From assembly GCA_951406725.2 (NCBI GenBank), contig OX597814.1, positions 73,222,001-73,286,000 of the forward strand: DNA of 64,000 bases, given 5' to 3'. This document shows, piece after piece, positions 37,390 to 50,200 of the stretch. How positions within the stretch are numbered: position 1 is the first letter of the stretch; the number at the start of each line of letters is the position of its first letter. The position numbers and the translations under genes were made by a program. Below the pieces are notes generated by a model. That model had not been told where the DNA came from. It did no database searches and worked only from the letters and a program-made list of their open reading frames with translations. This DNA is from Octopus vulgaris. Taxonomy: Eukaryota.

Positions 37390-37810
37390 ATACATCTTAA
37401 CCACTGGCACCATGGTGTCATTACTGTTGGGGGAGATACTTTTCTTCTCCAACTTGTAACATGTTTGGCAAAATGATCAAGAAGCTATCCTTCAAAAATT
37501 GTCTCTTGTGTTGTAGACAGTTTGATGATTTAACTTCGGTCGAAAGTGATGACAGTTTGAGGCAAGCGTGGATTTCATGAGCTTTTGTTCCTTTTAAGAT
37601 CATTGATAAGGTCTGAAAGAAAGTCATCTGACATTATCACTGCCACACATTTCATTTAAGATCTGTTGTCATACAAATCCCCTCCAGAGCTTGTTTGCCA
37701 ATGTGCATTCATCTTAGACAATCATTTTGTCTGTTTCCCTGCCCAAAGACGAGTTCAGGAGCGGAAGGTATTGCATGATTCCTAGAAGTGTGGTGGTGAT
37801 ATGTATAAGT
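37390..37810 (-). pseudogene. Helitron PIF1-like helicase remnant
   Basis: Minus-strand remnants of IVxDECT..NK..LE (Walker B) and DF.QTLSMILKGTKAHEIHACLK (PIF1 motif III, GDFRQTLPVIPRG...INACLK). Confidence 0.65.
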
Positions 37811-38054
37811 CCAGGAACTATTTTTGTTTTTTTACTGGTGGACTTTAATAGGCAAATAGATTGCTAAAAGAAGTTCAGAGAACTATTTCTGTTGGCATCA
37901 AAGGGTTGTGTGCGAAATTTGATGTTTCATGGTTGCAAGATATGGGTACTGAATATGGAAGGTGTGTGTGTGAGAAAGTTGGAAATAAGACGTGAAAGCT
38001 CCGCGTACATGAAGGATAAAGCACAAATGAGCTGAGAGAGAAAAAAATAGGTTG

Positions 38055-38240
38055 GAAAGAAAGTCCTGTTGCATTTCAAGATGGGAAAGAAACACATTTT
38101 TCTTAGGTCTCGATATATTTAAATCAAGATAGTTCTCATCGTTATTGATAATATAACCCCATTTATTTGGCAATTGTGTAAAATTCTTCAGGTTTCGAAG
38201 AAAAATAAAACTCATTTTTTTTTTTATTAACCTCTTCACA
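38055..38240 (-). mobile_element. Mariner 3'-end fragment
   Basis: LPNKWGYIINNDENYLD resembles the mariner C-terminal L..RW..V....G.Y motif. Confidence 0.55.
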
Positions 38241-40219
38241 ATTAAACTGTATTCCCATTAAATAATGCTGCAATGATCTGAAAAGATGAACGAAGTCAGG
38301 AAAGTAAGGATGATGAGGCCAAACTTACACATTTAATGTGATAATCTTTCCATGAGTAACTTGGGCAATATGTAGTCTTGTATTACTGTGTCAGAACAAC
38401 ACTCCTTTACGATTGACAAATGATGGAGCGCTTTTTCTGCATATTTTTTTGTGCAATGCTTTCAGCTGAGGACAATATTTCTCCGCATTAAGTGTTTCGT
38501 TTTGGTTTAACACTTGATAGACGACACCCTCCATACCTCGTCAGTCACAGAGTATAACTTTTTCGGGTGTAGATTGGTTTGAGGATGGGTTTTCCTTTTA
38601 TATTGGGTGCTAACCATGGTTGTTTTCATTGGATATAATTATAGAGAACCCACTTTTCATGACTTGTGTTATTTTTACTCAGGAAAGGTTAGGTAGCAAG
38701 TTTACTTTCAATAATGAGCATCTCTGATTAAACTGAGGAGTATCAGATGAGGAAACTACAGATCAAGTTAAGACATTTTTCCTAGTTCATGAAGGTGTTT
38801 TATGATTGAAGTGTGACATAAAGCCGTCTTGCTACTCGTGCAGTTTGCTTTGGATTTATTTCAACTACAGTTTTTGGAACTTCAGTATAGAGAAAAATTA
38901 ACTGACTGAGACTGGCCAAACCATCGTGGACTTGTACGGACACTTAAATCTTCATTTCCATAGAAAGAACGAATTTCCCCTTTTAAATTCACTCAGCATG
39001 CAGTGTTTGATATAGGCCTGATCTATAGTATAAAGTTATCTGGAAAAAAACAAAAAAACAATACAGATGATATGTTAGAATGTAGAAATTAATACTTATT
39101 AAAAATATACATTCAAAGCGATCATCTGAAAAACGCTATTTTACTTTCTTTCTAACCTAATATGTAGTAGATAAATCATTCGAAGCGTGCAAGAAAGAAG
39201 GCCACCTTGTACAATATGATGCACATCGGGGATGACAGTTGGGTGAAGAAAGGTCAACCTATGGAAGTGGAAAATGATGCAGAAGAAGCTGTGAAGGTTG
39301 ATCTCAGAATGACTCTGGAGAAGACTAGATAACAAATAGTGAGACGTTGAATTGGAAAAAAAACTGTCCAGCACATGCCAGCTACAGAAAAACGTTACCG
39401 TTTCTGCCATTCCCGCCCTTTTTACTACAATTAGAATCGTAAAAGTAAAATAGCTGGGGGTCGATATAAGACTTTTGGAGAACCACGCAAGCAAAATAGG
39501 AAATTGGGGACCTACAGTAGTATATTAAGAGTCCATGAAAAAATGTTACTTTGGATGTATTTATTGCAAGAAACAGCTAGACGTCTTTGACATCTTACAT
39601 AGTTCAGCTTATACAAGTTAATGTTATGGAAAGCAAAATAGGAATTTTGAAAGAAGTATTTGTAGAACTAGTTTTTAAACATGTAATGGCTATGGGGTCC
39701 ACCTGAATAAAATATCAATCAAAGGGGTCCAGAAGTAAAACATGGTTGAAAACTACTCATTTAGAAGTAGGTGAAGCTGGTTATTGAAAGTTATGTGGGA
39801 TCTTTTCACTTTGACCGGCAGATTTTTTTAATAATTTCTTTGTAACTAAACACTTTTAAACTTCGTATACTGGTAGTGTGTTACATAAAACATCTTTTTC
39901 TCTTGGCTTTCTTGAGAAAATTCTATAGTTTGTAAGCTATTGTTTAATTTCTTGCATTTCGGCAATTTCAACCAATCAATGACGTCTATTGAGGTGAATA
40001 CAATTTCTGCCGTATCTGCGGCGGGTATCTGGCAGGCTCGTTTTAAAATTTTTTGATCTATTGTACCCCGGCACTAGTACATATTGAATCATCCTTTGCA
40101 GAAAAAATGAACTTGATATTAGACTGAACGATTCAAAGAAGAGTGTAAAACTAAGTACATGTTTTACTAAATGGCATTATAAGCATCTCTAAAAATGACA
40201 TGAATTAGGCCCATTAAAG

Positions 40220-40530
40220 GATGAATGACAAAGCTCACTTCATCGGGATTTTAACTGAGAATGTAAAGAGTCGGAACAAATACCGCAAAGTATTTTTTTG
40301 TTGCTCGAGTGATTCTAGTAACAATTATTTTTAATTTAGGCAAAAAGTCAGCAATTTTGAGTGGAGAGGTTTGGACGATACCATCGACCCCCAGTACTAG
40401 TTTGGGACTTTATTGTATCGACTCCGATGATGAAAGGTCAAGTTAACTTCGGTAGGATTTGAACTCAGAATGTAAAGAAGTGGAGAACTACTGCGTGGTA
40501 TTTTGCTCGACGCACAAACCATTCTGCAGG
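40220..40530 (-). mobile_element. tRNA-derived SINE fragments (two)
   Basis: GATGAAAGGTCAAGTTAACTTCGGTAGGATTTGAACTCAGAA is the reverse complement of the SINE B-box/core. Confidence 0.65.
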
Positions 40531-41451
40531 AATCACCAGGATCTGCATGTCTACGCAGATCTGATTATATTGTGGTTGTGCTGTACCTCTGCGCTCTTCA
40601 TCTGCCTGTGCTATGCTGTTAAGTTCACGACAAGTCAAAGGTCAGTGTACGTTCCAATATAAATAAGCAACAATCTAAGTAAACATTATTATTTTGAAGG
40701 CAAAAAGCTACGAGCAGGCACAAGCAAACAAATGTCTTGTAGAATTCTAAATTCGTCCCACATTGAAGCTAAACCTTGAGTTTCAATGATTTGATTTGCT
40801 GTTGAGAGTGGTATTCTATAAACAAGAATTATTCTGCTTCAAAGCACTTTACTGAAAATAAATAGCCATCACGATACCTAACGCAGTAGTTCTCAACTGG
40901 TCTGCTTCAGTACAGTAGTGTATCACGAAACTATTCTTTGTTCACTGCAAACATTTTTCAATTCTTTGTAAGCAAAATAGATTTTAAAATAAATACATTT
41001 CTTTTTTGTTGCGTTTACTTTCATAGACTTTACTATTTATAAAAGTTTGGGTATCAAACTTAGCAAAACCAACAGAAAAAATAGATAATTTCATTCGTTA
41101 TGTGGGTGTTTTGAAGAGATAGTTTTCTATATAATTTATATCTAAATATATTTTGTTTTGAATAAGAAAAATATTTAATTTTGGCAGACGTCCGAGAGTT
41201 AAAAAGTTTGGTCAATGGTCTGTGGCGAGTCAAAGACATTTGGGTGTCACTGTGCCCCTACTACATAAGAAAATAGTACAAATATAAGAAGGATTCATTG
41301 TTTTATGATCGAAATAAACCCTGTTCAAGAGAAAAGCTCTGCTCACAGATGTTTCACTAGAATTAAACTTACGAAATGGAAGTCTTGAAAACTTGTTTCA
41401 CATTTCATTATGGCAAGGATTTTAAAGAGGAAACACATGGCTCTTAAAATA

Positions 41452-42705
41452 TAAGGTCGTCAAGTATGAAATTTGTAGTAAGGTGTATGGTAAACTTTGA
41501 CAGCTGCTCATTTTGCGCCATTATTATATTTTGACAATCTTTATTTTTTGTTTGAAAGCTGACACATCTATTTCTTTATTCTAACTCATTTTGCGCTTTA
41601 TAAACTATTTATAAATCGCTTTTTGCTATATTTGTTTAGAGATGGATAAGTCGGAAATTCGTACAGTTTTGAAATATGAGTTCTTTCTTGGAAATACAGC
41701 ATCACAGACAGCTCGGAATATTAATGGAGTATTTCATTCTAATGTTATTACACAGCAGACAGTATCAAATTGGTTTGTAAAACTTCGTTCTGGTAACTTT
41801 GACCTCACAAATGAGTAACGCGGTCGACCAGAAACAAAGGTGGATTATGACGAAGTGAAAGTCACCGTCGAGTTAGATCCATCTCAAGGTGCCCGTGAAT
41901 TATCGTTGTTGTTTGGTGTTAGCAAGCAAACAATATTGACTCACCTAGTTCAAGTCGGTAAAGTGAAAAAGTTGGATAAGTGGGCTCCACATGAACTCAA
42001 TGAAAATCAGAAGCAGCAACGTTTGGAAGCCTGCATTATGCTACTTTCTCGTCACAAAAATGAATCATTTTTGAATGGAATTGCAACATGTGATGAGAAA
42101 TGGATCCAATACAGCAACCGTAAACGTTCAGCACAATGGCTGGACAAAGACGAGCCACCAAAACACAGTCCAAAAAGCAAAATTCATCAAAAAAAGCTGA
42201 TGGTGTGTTTGGTAGTCTGGCGTAGGTGTGATCCATTATGATTTCATTAAATCTGGCTTATCAATCACGGCCGAAGTATACTGCAGCCAACTGGACCAAA
42301 TGATGCAGAAACTTACAAAAAAAATCCAGCCTAGATTATAGATCCACTCGTATTTTATTGCAAGACAACGCCAGACCACACATCGCAAAAATGACATTGG
42401 CAAAACTACAGGATTTGGAGTTGGAAGTTCTCCATCATCCACCATACTCACCTGATCTTGCCCCCACTGACTACCACTCCTTCCAGATTTTGGATAACGT
42501 TTTGATAGGAAAAAAATTTAATTCCGACGATGCTGTAAAACAGGCCTTCCAAGATTTTATTGACTCTAGAACTTTTACAGTTCCAGGCGGGACAAGCTAC
42601 TGCTGAAATGGCAAAAGTGTATTGACAATATGGACGCATACTTTGATGAATAAAACTATTCCTTGTATTTATAAAACATTAGGAGTTTATATTTGTTGAC
42701 GGTTC
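41452..42705 (+). mobile_element. Mariner DNA transposon, defective
   Basis: Transposase 41642-~42650 (MDKSEIRTVLKYEF, RGRP, KWAPHEL, TCDEKWI, QDNARPH, HPPYSPDLAPTDYH = DD34D) with stop and frameshifts; left TIR TAAGGTCGTCAAGTATGAAA; right TIR degenerate. Confidence 0.9.
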
Positions 42706-42934
42706 AGTATAGTTGCTACTTTTAAATAATGTGTTTGATTATAATTTAAATTGATATATCTCCCTAATTAGGATCGTAAATCGTTAGAACTTTACGTGAA
42801 ATGAAAGTTCTTATAAACCTGTGTAAATAAAAGTTATATTCATGATATTTGATAACGAAATACCACAAATAGAATGAAACGATTGTGTTTTAATAATGAT
42901 GAGACTAACATTTCTATTATTAGTATATTATATT

Positions 42935-44420
42935 ATCTTTTACCTTTTAATTGTTTTAGTTATTGGACTGCAGCCATGCTGGGGCACTGCCTTGAAGGGT
43001 TTGGTCGAAGAAATGATTTCAGTACTTATTTGTTTTTAAAGCCTGGTACTAATTCTATCTATTTCTTTTTGCTGAAACGCTAAGTTACGGAGACGTAAAC
43101 ACACCAATACCGGTTGTTGAGCGGTGGTGGGGACAAAGATCTACAAAGACACGCACAACGAGGGTAGGCCGAGAAGTTCATCGGCTGACTATGAATGAGT
43201 GATGCTAGAGCTGTGAAACCTGGCATGCATTAATTTCAAATATCATTATTAACAACTGCATTATTTCTTTCCAGGTAAAATGACAGCTAATTGTTTAAAG
43301 AAGGCTGCAAAGTAACTAGTAGCGATTTCTTTTGAAAATCGACAAAATCTACCATCGTGATGTTATTAAGTATTTGCAGAAAAGGGTTAGCCTCCCACAA
43401 CATTCATGCCGACATGGTTGCTACATTAGGGGATGACATTCCAGCTTTATCAAAAGTGCAAAAGTGGAGCTGATTTTAGGAGGGAAAGGGAAGGTCTTGA
43501 GGACGTCCCAACATCTGGACGTTCTGCAACTGCCACTATTGAGGAAAACATTGATCGTGTTTACCAAATGGTGATGGGTGATGGGTGATTGACTATTTCT
43601 AATCAAGAAGCCGATGTTAATGGCATATCTCGTGAGACAATTGAGAATATTCTGCACAATGAACTTGGCATGACGCAGGTTTCTGCTCAGTGGGTTCCAC
43701 ATTTTCTGACACCTGATCAAAAACGCACCAGGCTGATCACATCACGGGCAAATTTGATATTGTTTCGGGTAGATTCAGTTGGTTTCCTTGAACGTTCCCT
43801 ATGTCAGGATGAGTGTTGGTTTCTTCACTTTGAGCGAAAGACAGAGACATTCCATGAAGTGGAAACACCCCTCCTCACCTACTTCAAAGAAGGCCAAAGT
43901 CGTTTCATCTACAGGGAAGGTGAGGGCTTCGGTTTTTTTGAGATGCAAAAGGCATTGTGTTTATTGACTATCCTCAAAAGGGCAATAACTGGCGAGTACT
44001 ATGCCAATTTACCGAGGAAGTTACGCTTCACATGTTATATTCCTGGTTGATCTGCTTCCAAATCCCTTGATTTGGCCCCATCTGACAAACATCTGATCCT
44101 AATAAAAAAAAAAAAAACAACAAAACCCCACTTAGGTGAGAACCAGTATTGCAGTGATGATGACGAAATATCTACAGTTGATAACTTTTTTGATTAACAA
44201 GATGAAAGCGTTTTCACCAATGAAATCCTCTTATGTACATGATACACACACACACACACATATATATATATGTGTCCCCCTCTACCAAGTCCACTCACAA
44301 GATTTTAGTCGGCCTGAGGCTATAGAAGAAGACACCTGCCCAAGGTGCCACGAAGTGGGACTGAGCCCAGAATAATGTCATTGGGAAGCAAACTTCGTAC
44401 CGGGCAGCCACGTTTGCATC
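42935..44420 (-). mobile_element. SINE split by a mariner insertion (3' part 42935-43158, 5' part ~44270-44420)
   Basis: Head GGGCTCAGTCCCACTTCGTGGCACCTTGGGCAGGTGTCTTCT on the minus strand; tail GCAGTGCCCCAGCATGGCTGCAGTCCAATAACTAAAAC. Confidence 0.65.
43160..44235 (+). mobile_element. Mariner (irritans-like) remnant
   Basis: Left end CGAGGGTAGGCCGAGAAG; SGRSAT, ILHNELGMTQVSAQWVPHFLTPDQK, QDECW, DLAPSD; internal deletion; no right TIR seen. Confidence 0.85.
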
Positions 44421-44442
44421 TGTATTAGTCTGCAAAATGATA

Positions 44443-44518
44443 CTAAGATTAAAGAAAAGGGAAGTTTCGAAGTCCTAGATCTAAGATTAAAGAAAAGGGA
44501 AGTTTCGAAGTCCAAGAT
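44443..44518. repeat. 38-bp tandem duplication
   Basis: CTAAGATTAAAGAAAAGGGAAGTTTCGAAGTCC(T/A)AGAT x2. Confidence 0.9.
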
Positions 44519-45589
44519 ATCCAGAAGTTTTCCAATTGTCAGGGAAAGTGTTCTGTATTTAGATTTCCCTGCTCGCTTTTAAAAGGTTCTATGCAATGTT
44601 TAATTGGTTGGCTGTTTTGAAAAACAAACAAAAGACAGTCAGGATCAGATAGTTGAAGTACATGTAAACTTGTATCTGTAGACAATGAAGGTGAAAAAAA
44701 AAAACCAAAAAAAAAACGAAAAGCAAAAACTCTTTTGAAGAGAAACTTTAAGGAGGAACAATATAATGAATGGGTTGTTTTCGAAATTTTATACTTCAGA
44801 ATGTGGTTTGGGAAAAGAAAGGAAATATAATTACCATCTCTTGAAATAACATTTCGTGTGTGTGTGTGTGTCTGTGTGTTTATGTTTACACCGGTCTAAA
44901 AACTAGTGTTCTTTAAATTATGGCTCATAGCTCAGTGGGTCTACAAAAAGAGATTGATAGAATAAGTTTCATTATTTTATTCATGTATTAATCCTCTTCT
45001 TCCCGATTAGCAAGTCTTAGTTCTGTGTTAGGCTTCCAGATCGACCAAAATCTTGTGAAAGCTTCACGGGGTTTCATAGTGTAAACTTTACTTCCATATC
45101 TGTTTTTTTTTTTTAACCCTGATAAAACTTCCTACATATGTAACGCTTTCTCCAGTTGGAAACAATACTTAAATAAGATTGATACGAGCGGTTAAAATTC
45201 TGAAAGCGATGCTCCAGCCCGGCACACTCAAATGACTGAAATCAGAAAAACTATAACAGAATATATATTTCTCAGCTCTATACTGCGGTATTCTCTGTGT
45301 TTTATCTTCTTTTTTTTTTATCTCAAGCCAGGAGAAAATATCCACATAATTGCAAGATCTGTTGTATCTTGCCTCACATCCTAATATCTTTCACTAATGT
45401 TATAGTTAATACTTTTCCCTGTTGTGATATTTAAAGCCTTTATCATATTTTATAATTGTATCTTGTCACTCATCCGCCTATCTTTGTTGTCATATTATCT
45501 GTGACTTGTTCATCCAATAGCATTCACAAAAGTAACCATAGTATATTTGTTCTCGTGTTTTAAGTGACAACTATCTTTGCTAGCAATTT

Positions 45590-45760
45590 CTTCAGGCTTT
45601 ATGTTCTGAGTTCAAATTCTGCCGAAGTCGATTTTGCCTTTCATACTTTCAGGGTCGATGAAATAAGTATTATTTGAACACTGGGATCGATGTAATCGAC
45701 TGGCCCTCGCCCTTAAAACAATTTTAGGCTTTGTGCCTATAGTAGATAAGATTATTATAT
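45590..45760 (+). mobile_element. tRNA-derived SINE fragment
   Basis: CTGAGTTCAAATTCTGCCGAAGTCGATTTTGCCTTTCAT core; (ATT)n tail. Confidence 0.7.
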
Positions 45761-47247
45761 GATGACTCCTTTTTTTCCCCATGGAATCTTTGTTAAACTG
45801 TATTATTCATTTCTAAAACATTTTAGTTCTCTATCGCCGAAGAGGTTCTATAATAATACTATTCTATTCAAACCATATCAACTTTTCAAAATATTCGAAT
45901 CAACGGTAAAACTCAAGGACAAAACATTTCTATGATTCTTTCTCAAATTGAACATGTATGTTCTTTTTTTTTTTTTCATTCAAAACGTGTCCAAACACGT
46001 GCAGCCTGTTTGATGTTAATTCTAGAAATACTTTTTTTTTAATCGACTGATCATCAATAGTTTTTCCTAATAAACAATGCAACTGAAAAATTCCATTTTG
46101 ATATCTTCATGCTTTTCTGAGAAGTCATTAGTCAATAAGAACCTATCATACTAAACTTCTAAACTTCAAAAGCAAACCATTCCTTTGCTGAAAATCTATC
46201 GTAGCTTCAGTATTTCATTATAGACATTTTATTTTATTGCTGATGTCTTAGTTGTATTGCTTTAGTCATCTCCATCTTCCTTCCTTTCCTGCATCTTCTT
46301 TTCTTATTCTAACATGTGTGTACTTTTCTTCAAATACAACTTCTATAAGATTTTTCGTTCTAAGGTGTGCATATTCAAATATAAGTAGTGGATATGTAAT
46401 TGTGTGTGTGTCTGTGTGTGTGTCTCTCTCTCACTCTCTCTCACACACACTCACACAAATACAGGGAATTTCATTCTGAGTTCGTATTTAAAATTATGCG
46501 TACAAAGTTATATTTGATTTTAAATATTGACTTTTGTTGAAAGCAAATATTAATTTATAACAATGCAAGATCCACTTACTGAAATACACGAACATATATG
46601 ATCGCTCATGATAATGAACTGTTACAAAACACAATTAAGTGTGCATATATGTAAATGTATAGTTATTGAATTTGGTGTCATAAACAGATGGAAATATATC
46701 TGTGGGATATAAAAATCTAGCAACCTATTAGCAACGTGTTTATACATATACGTAGAGACGCATACATACACGCACAAAACACTCATACAGAGAGGTAGAT
46801 AAAAAAGAACCTGTACAGATAGAAGTATGTGTAAAACCAGTTAAATGTTCGTGTAAGATAGACTAACAACGTTTATACATTTTGATGTATTGAAGCATTT
46901 TTACATAACATCTGGAAGGCTTTAGAATGTTCTTTATTAATTTTAATTATTTGAACACTCTGAATCACCAGAATGCACGAGGTGACTATTTTTCTGAATA
47001 CCAAATGGAAGAAGAACCAGCTTTTGAACTGAAACATACTGAATTCGTATCTTGTCAGTTAAAACATACAGGCCAGTCGAGACTATAATATTCTTTCAAT
47101 TTTCAGCTGAGTCTATTTTATTAAGGAATGTATCACTTTTCCATCTATTATATGATCTAAAAAATCTATTATATTATTTAGATTATATATAATCTAAAAT
47201 CTATTGTATAATCTAAAATCTATTCGCCAAAATCCAGCTATCAAAGA

Positions 47248-50200
47248 TGTAGTGTGATGGAGGAAAAGGACAACAGAAAAAGAAGCAATGGGAGAAAGAA
47301 ATACAAAAGGCCTTACCTCGGCGAAATCAGCGGTCACTCTCCCGAATTCAACACGTCTTGTCGCTCTGCCGTCTGTGCTGGAACTCACCACACTTCTTCG
47401 CTGATCACACGTGCTTCCTGCCCACGCATGCGCTTTTCACTCTTCCGCCGGCCCCTGCAAGCCTTACTTCCGCCGGCCCCTGCAAGCCTTACTTCCGCCC
47501 ACCTCATCTGTCATCCTCTCCACCAACACCATATAGCTCATCACAGCCCATAACACCGCCAACACCACACGCACCCCTGATCTACAGATCACTCAGCCGG
47601 CTTTCCCACTCACTCCTCGCTCCCGAACTCACACCACAACTGGTTTCATAATCAGCCAACTAGGGAGGAGGGTGCTGCTCCCTAGGACTGGCCTGAGTTC
47701 CTGGCATGTTGCTGCTGGCTTCATCATCTTCTCTACTGATGTTGTCTTCATCTTCTTGCCTACTGTTGTTGTCTTCATCTTCTTGCCCACTGCTGCTGGT
47801 TCCATCCTCTGAGGCATGAACAATCTTCCGTATATCCAAAACGTGGCGTGGCATACCATCGACAGAAATGTTGTTCCCTTTCCCCATCGTGATGTACACG
47901 GTGCGTTTGGGGTTTTTACCCAAACTTCTTCCCCGACCTGCACGAAGGCGTGCTCTTCCTCTGCCCCGGGTTGCATTGATGCAGTACACAGATGCCTCCA
48001 CTCGTACCTGAATATTGCCCTGTGTGGCACCGAGTTCTCAGCCTGTCCTGATCTGGGCAACATATTATACCAAAATACAGCCTCGATTGGTGAAATGTGG
48101 CCCCTCTCTGCCATGGTCTTGATGGTACGATGATGCCTTTCCACCACCCCATTTCCACTTGGCCGGTATGCCATCCTGAAGAAGCGGTTGACCTTCCACC
48201 CATCAAGCATTTCTTTCAGCACCTCCGAGTGAAATGCAGTGCCATTATCCAGAAGCAGTTCATCCACGGGGCCTCGTTCCAGGAATATCTCATTCAATAT
48301 TTTCACAATATTTTCATCTCCCTCCATATGGCCAACCGCCCCGGTCCGCAGTCAACTATTGAGAGGTATGTCCCCCCCCCGGTAGTGTATTATGTCCACC
48401 GCCAGTCGTTTCCAGTCGTGGTCCACTGGAATACTTTCTGCCTCATGTACGCCCGGAGCAAGGTCGATGGACTGGCACCTGTCACAGCTGCTAACCACTC
48501 TCTGCACGCTCCGTCTTGTTACATCAGTGTCAACTTTCCTGGCTAGGAACAACATCTTGTCCACCCCCATGTGATGCATGGCATGCAATCTCCGCAACTC
48601 CGAGTCACTCAGACGGCATACTACAGCCACAGCCTGCTCCGCATCATCTGGCACCTGCAACCAGGCTCGCTTTACCCTGGTCAGGACGTCTGCCCTGTTC
48701 TTCTCGGAAGGCACAAAGATCACGCTCAGCTTCAGATTGAACTCAGTGGTTAGTTCACGCAGTATCCCCAATCGACGCTTTACCAGCATCTCTGCGGCCC
48801 CTTTGGTTCGCACCCTCCGCTCATTGGTGATGACTGCTGTCACCCAACCAAGTACAGTGGCCGAATCAGTCCTGATTTCTATGGCGTGCAAGGTTCTTCA
48901 AGGCTAGGTTCACTCCCTTCAACACGGCATCCAACTCCGCCACATTGATATGATTGTAGTCATCCGTCTTCCTGAGCCAGGCTGCATCTTCCACAATGAC
49001 ACCTCCCACTTCTAAGACAACCCCTATTACGATGCTACTGGCGTCACACCATACAATCCCGCTCTTTGATTTGGGAACATACCAACTGCCCCTCACTGGA
49101 TCCTCTGCTCTTACTCTGGCCAAGACTTCCTGTATCATGTCAGTCGTCTTCTCCCCCACTCTATCGTTCCACTTCACTCCTTCGGCTTGTCTCTTGATGA
49201 AGCCACATGCTGTCCGGAGCCATCCTGCAATCGGGTAGTGTCCCACCAGCTTCCCACACACCGAGAACAGTTCCCGTCTACTCATGCTGGCGCCCAGTTC
49301 GGAGATCTCGTTTCCTCGCCGGAACACCAACGCACCGGCCTTGTCTCTCCATAGCTTGAGGCCCAGTGCAGCACCTCCCTCCATTGCCTCTGGTGGCTTG
49401 GCGATCAGTCCAAAACTCTTCAGGTGGCCTATGACCTCCGTTGCTGGCATTACGGTTTCATCCACCAGAATATCATCAATGTACGAATTGGTGGCCTTTT
49501 TTACTCTGTCCACCTTTCTCAGGATGGCCTTGAGAATTGTTGCTATAATCTTTGGCGCTGAATTCAGCCACATGCACCTGTAGGTATGCCCACTTCAAAT
49601 CGACGATCGTGGAGACCCCTGTCATCTGTCTCCACTCTCACAAGGTGTCTCCGCAGACATCTGTGGCCTCGCCGCCTGTATGACATGATATATGGTCATT
49701 CAGCTCTCGGAAGTCGGGCACTGGCCTGACCTTTTGCTTTGTGGGCTGTACCACCGCCATCAGTGGCAGAACTCCGCTCTCTTCTTTTTCCCAAGAGATC
49801 AATATGCCCTCCTTAATCCACCGCTCCACCTCCCTCTCTAACTCACTTCTGGCATCTCCTTTTAGAGTATGCTGATAGCAGCCCACTTTATTTTTTAACG
49901 TCGGGGGCTCTCCCTTCCAGTGTAACTCCACTGTCCACCTCTGGCCATCGAAGACAGCCCGAAAGTCCTGGTCTTCAATGGCGTGTGCAGCTTGCTCCTC
50001 TTCATGGTTCTCAACAGTGCATGGTCTCGCCATACACGATTTCCCCGCAAACCCGAACATTACACCGGCCTCGTTAACAGTGACACCTTCCAAATGGGTG
50101 ATTGCATCCATCCCCATCACCACGTCAATCTCGTCCACCAAGTGGCCAACTACAATTGCTCGCAGCGTCAGCCTTATTCCCTGCACCACAATCTGCGCAT

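Noticed and set aside
38488-38556. Minus-strand CTGACGAG...CGAAAC hammerhead-like motif
   Set aside because: Stem II pairs poorly, and there is no valid stem III/NUH or stem I
39470-41255. Possible hAT/Harbinger-type MITEs (39470-39760, 39797-40030, 40883-41252)
   Set aside because: Termini look transposon-like (CAGTAGTTCTCAAC, GGTTGAAAACTACT) but paired TIRs and TSDs could not be confirmed
47254-47651. ORFs within the LTRs (also 51084-51475)
   Set aside because: Incidental frames in LTR sequence that differ between the two LTRs by indels
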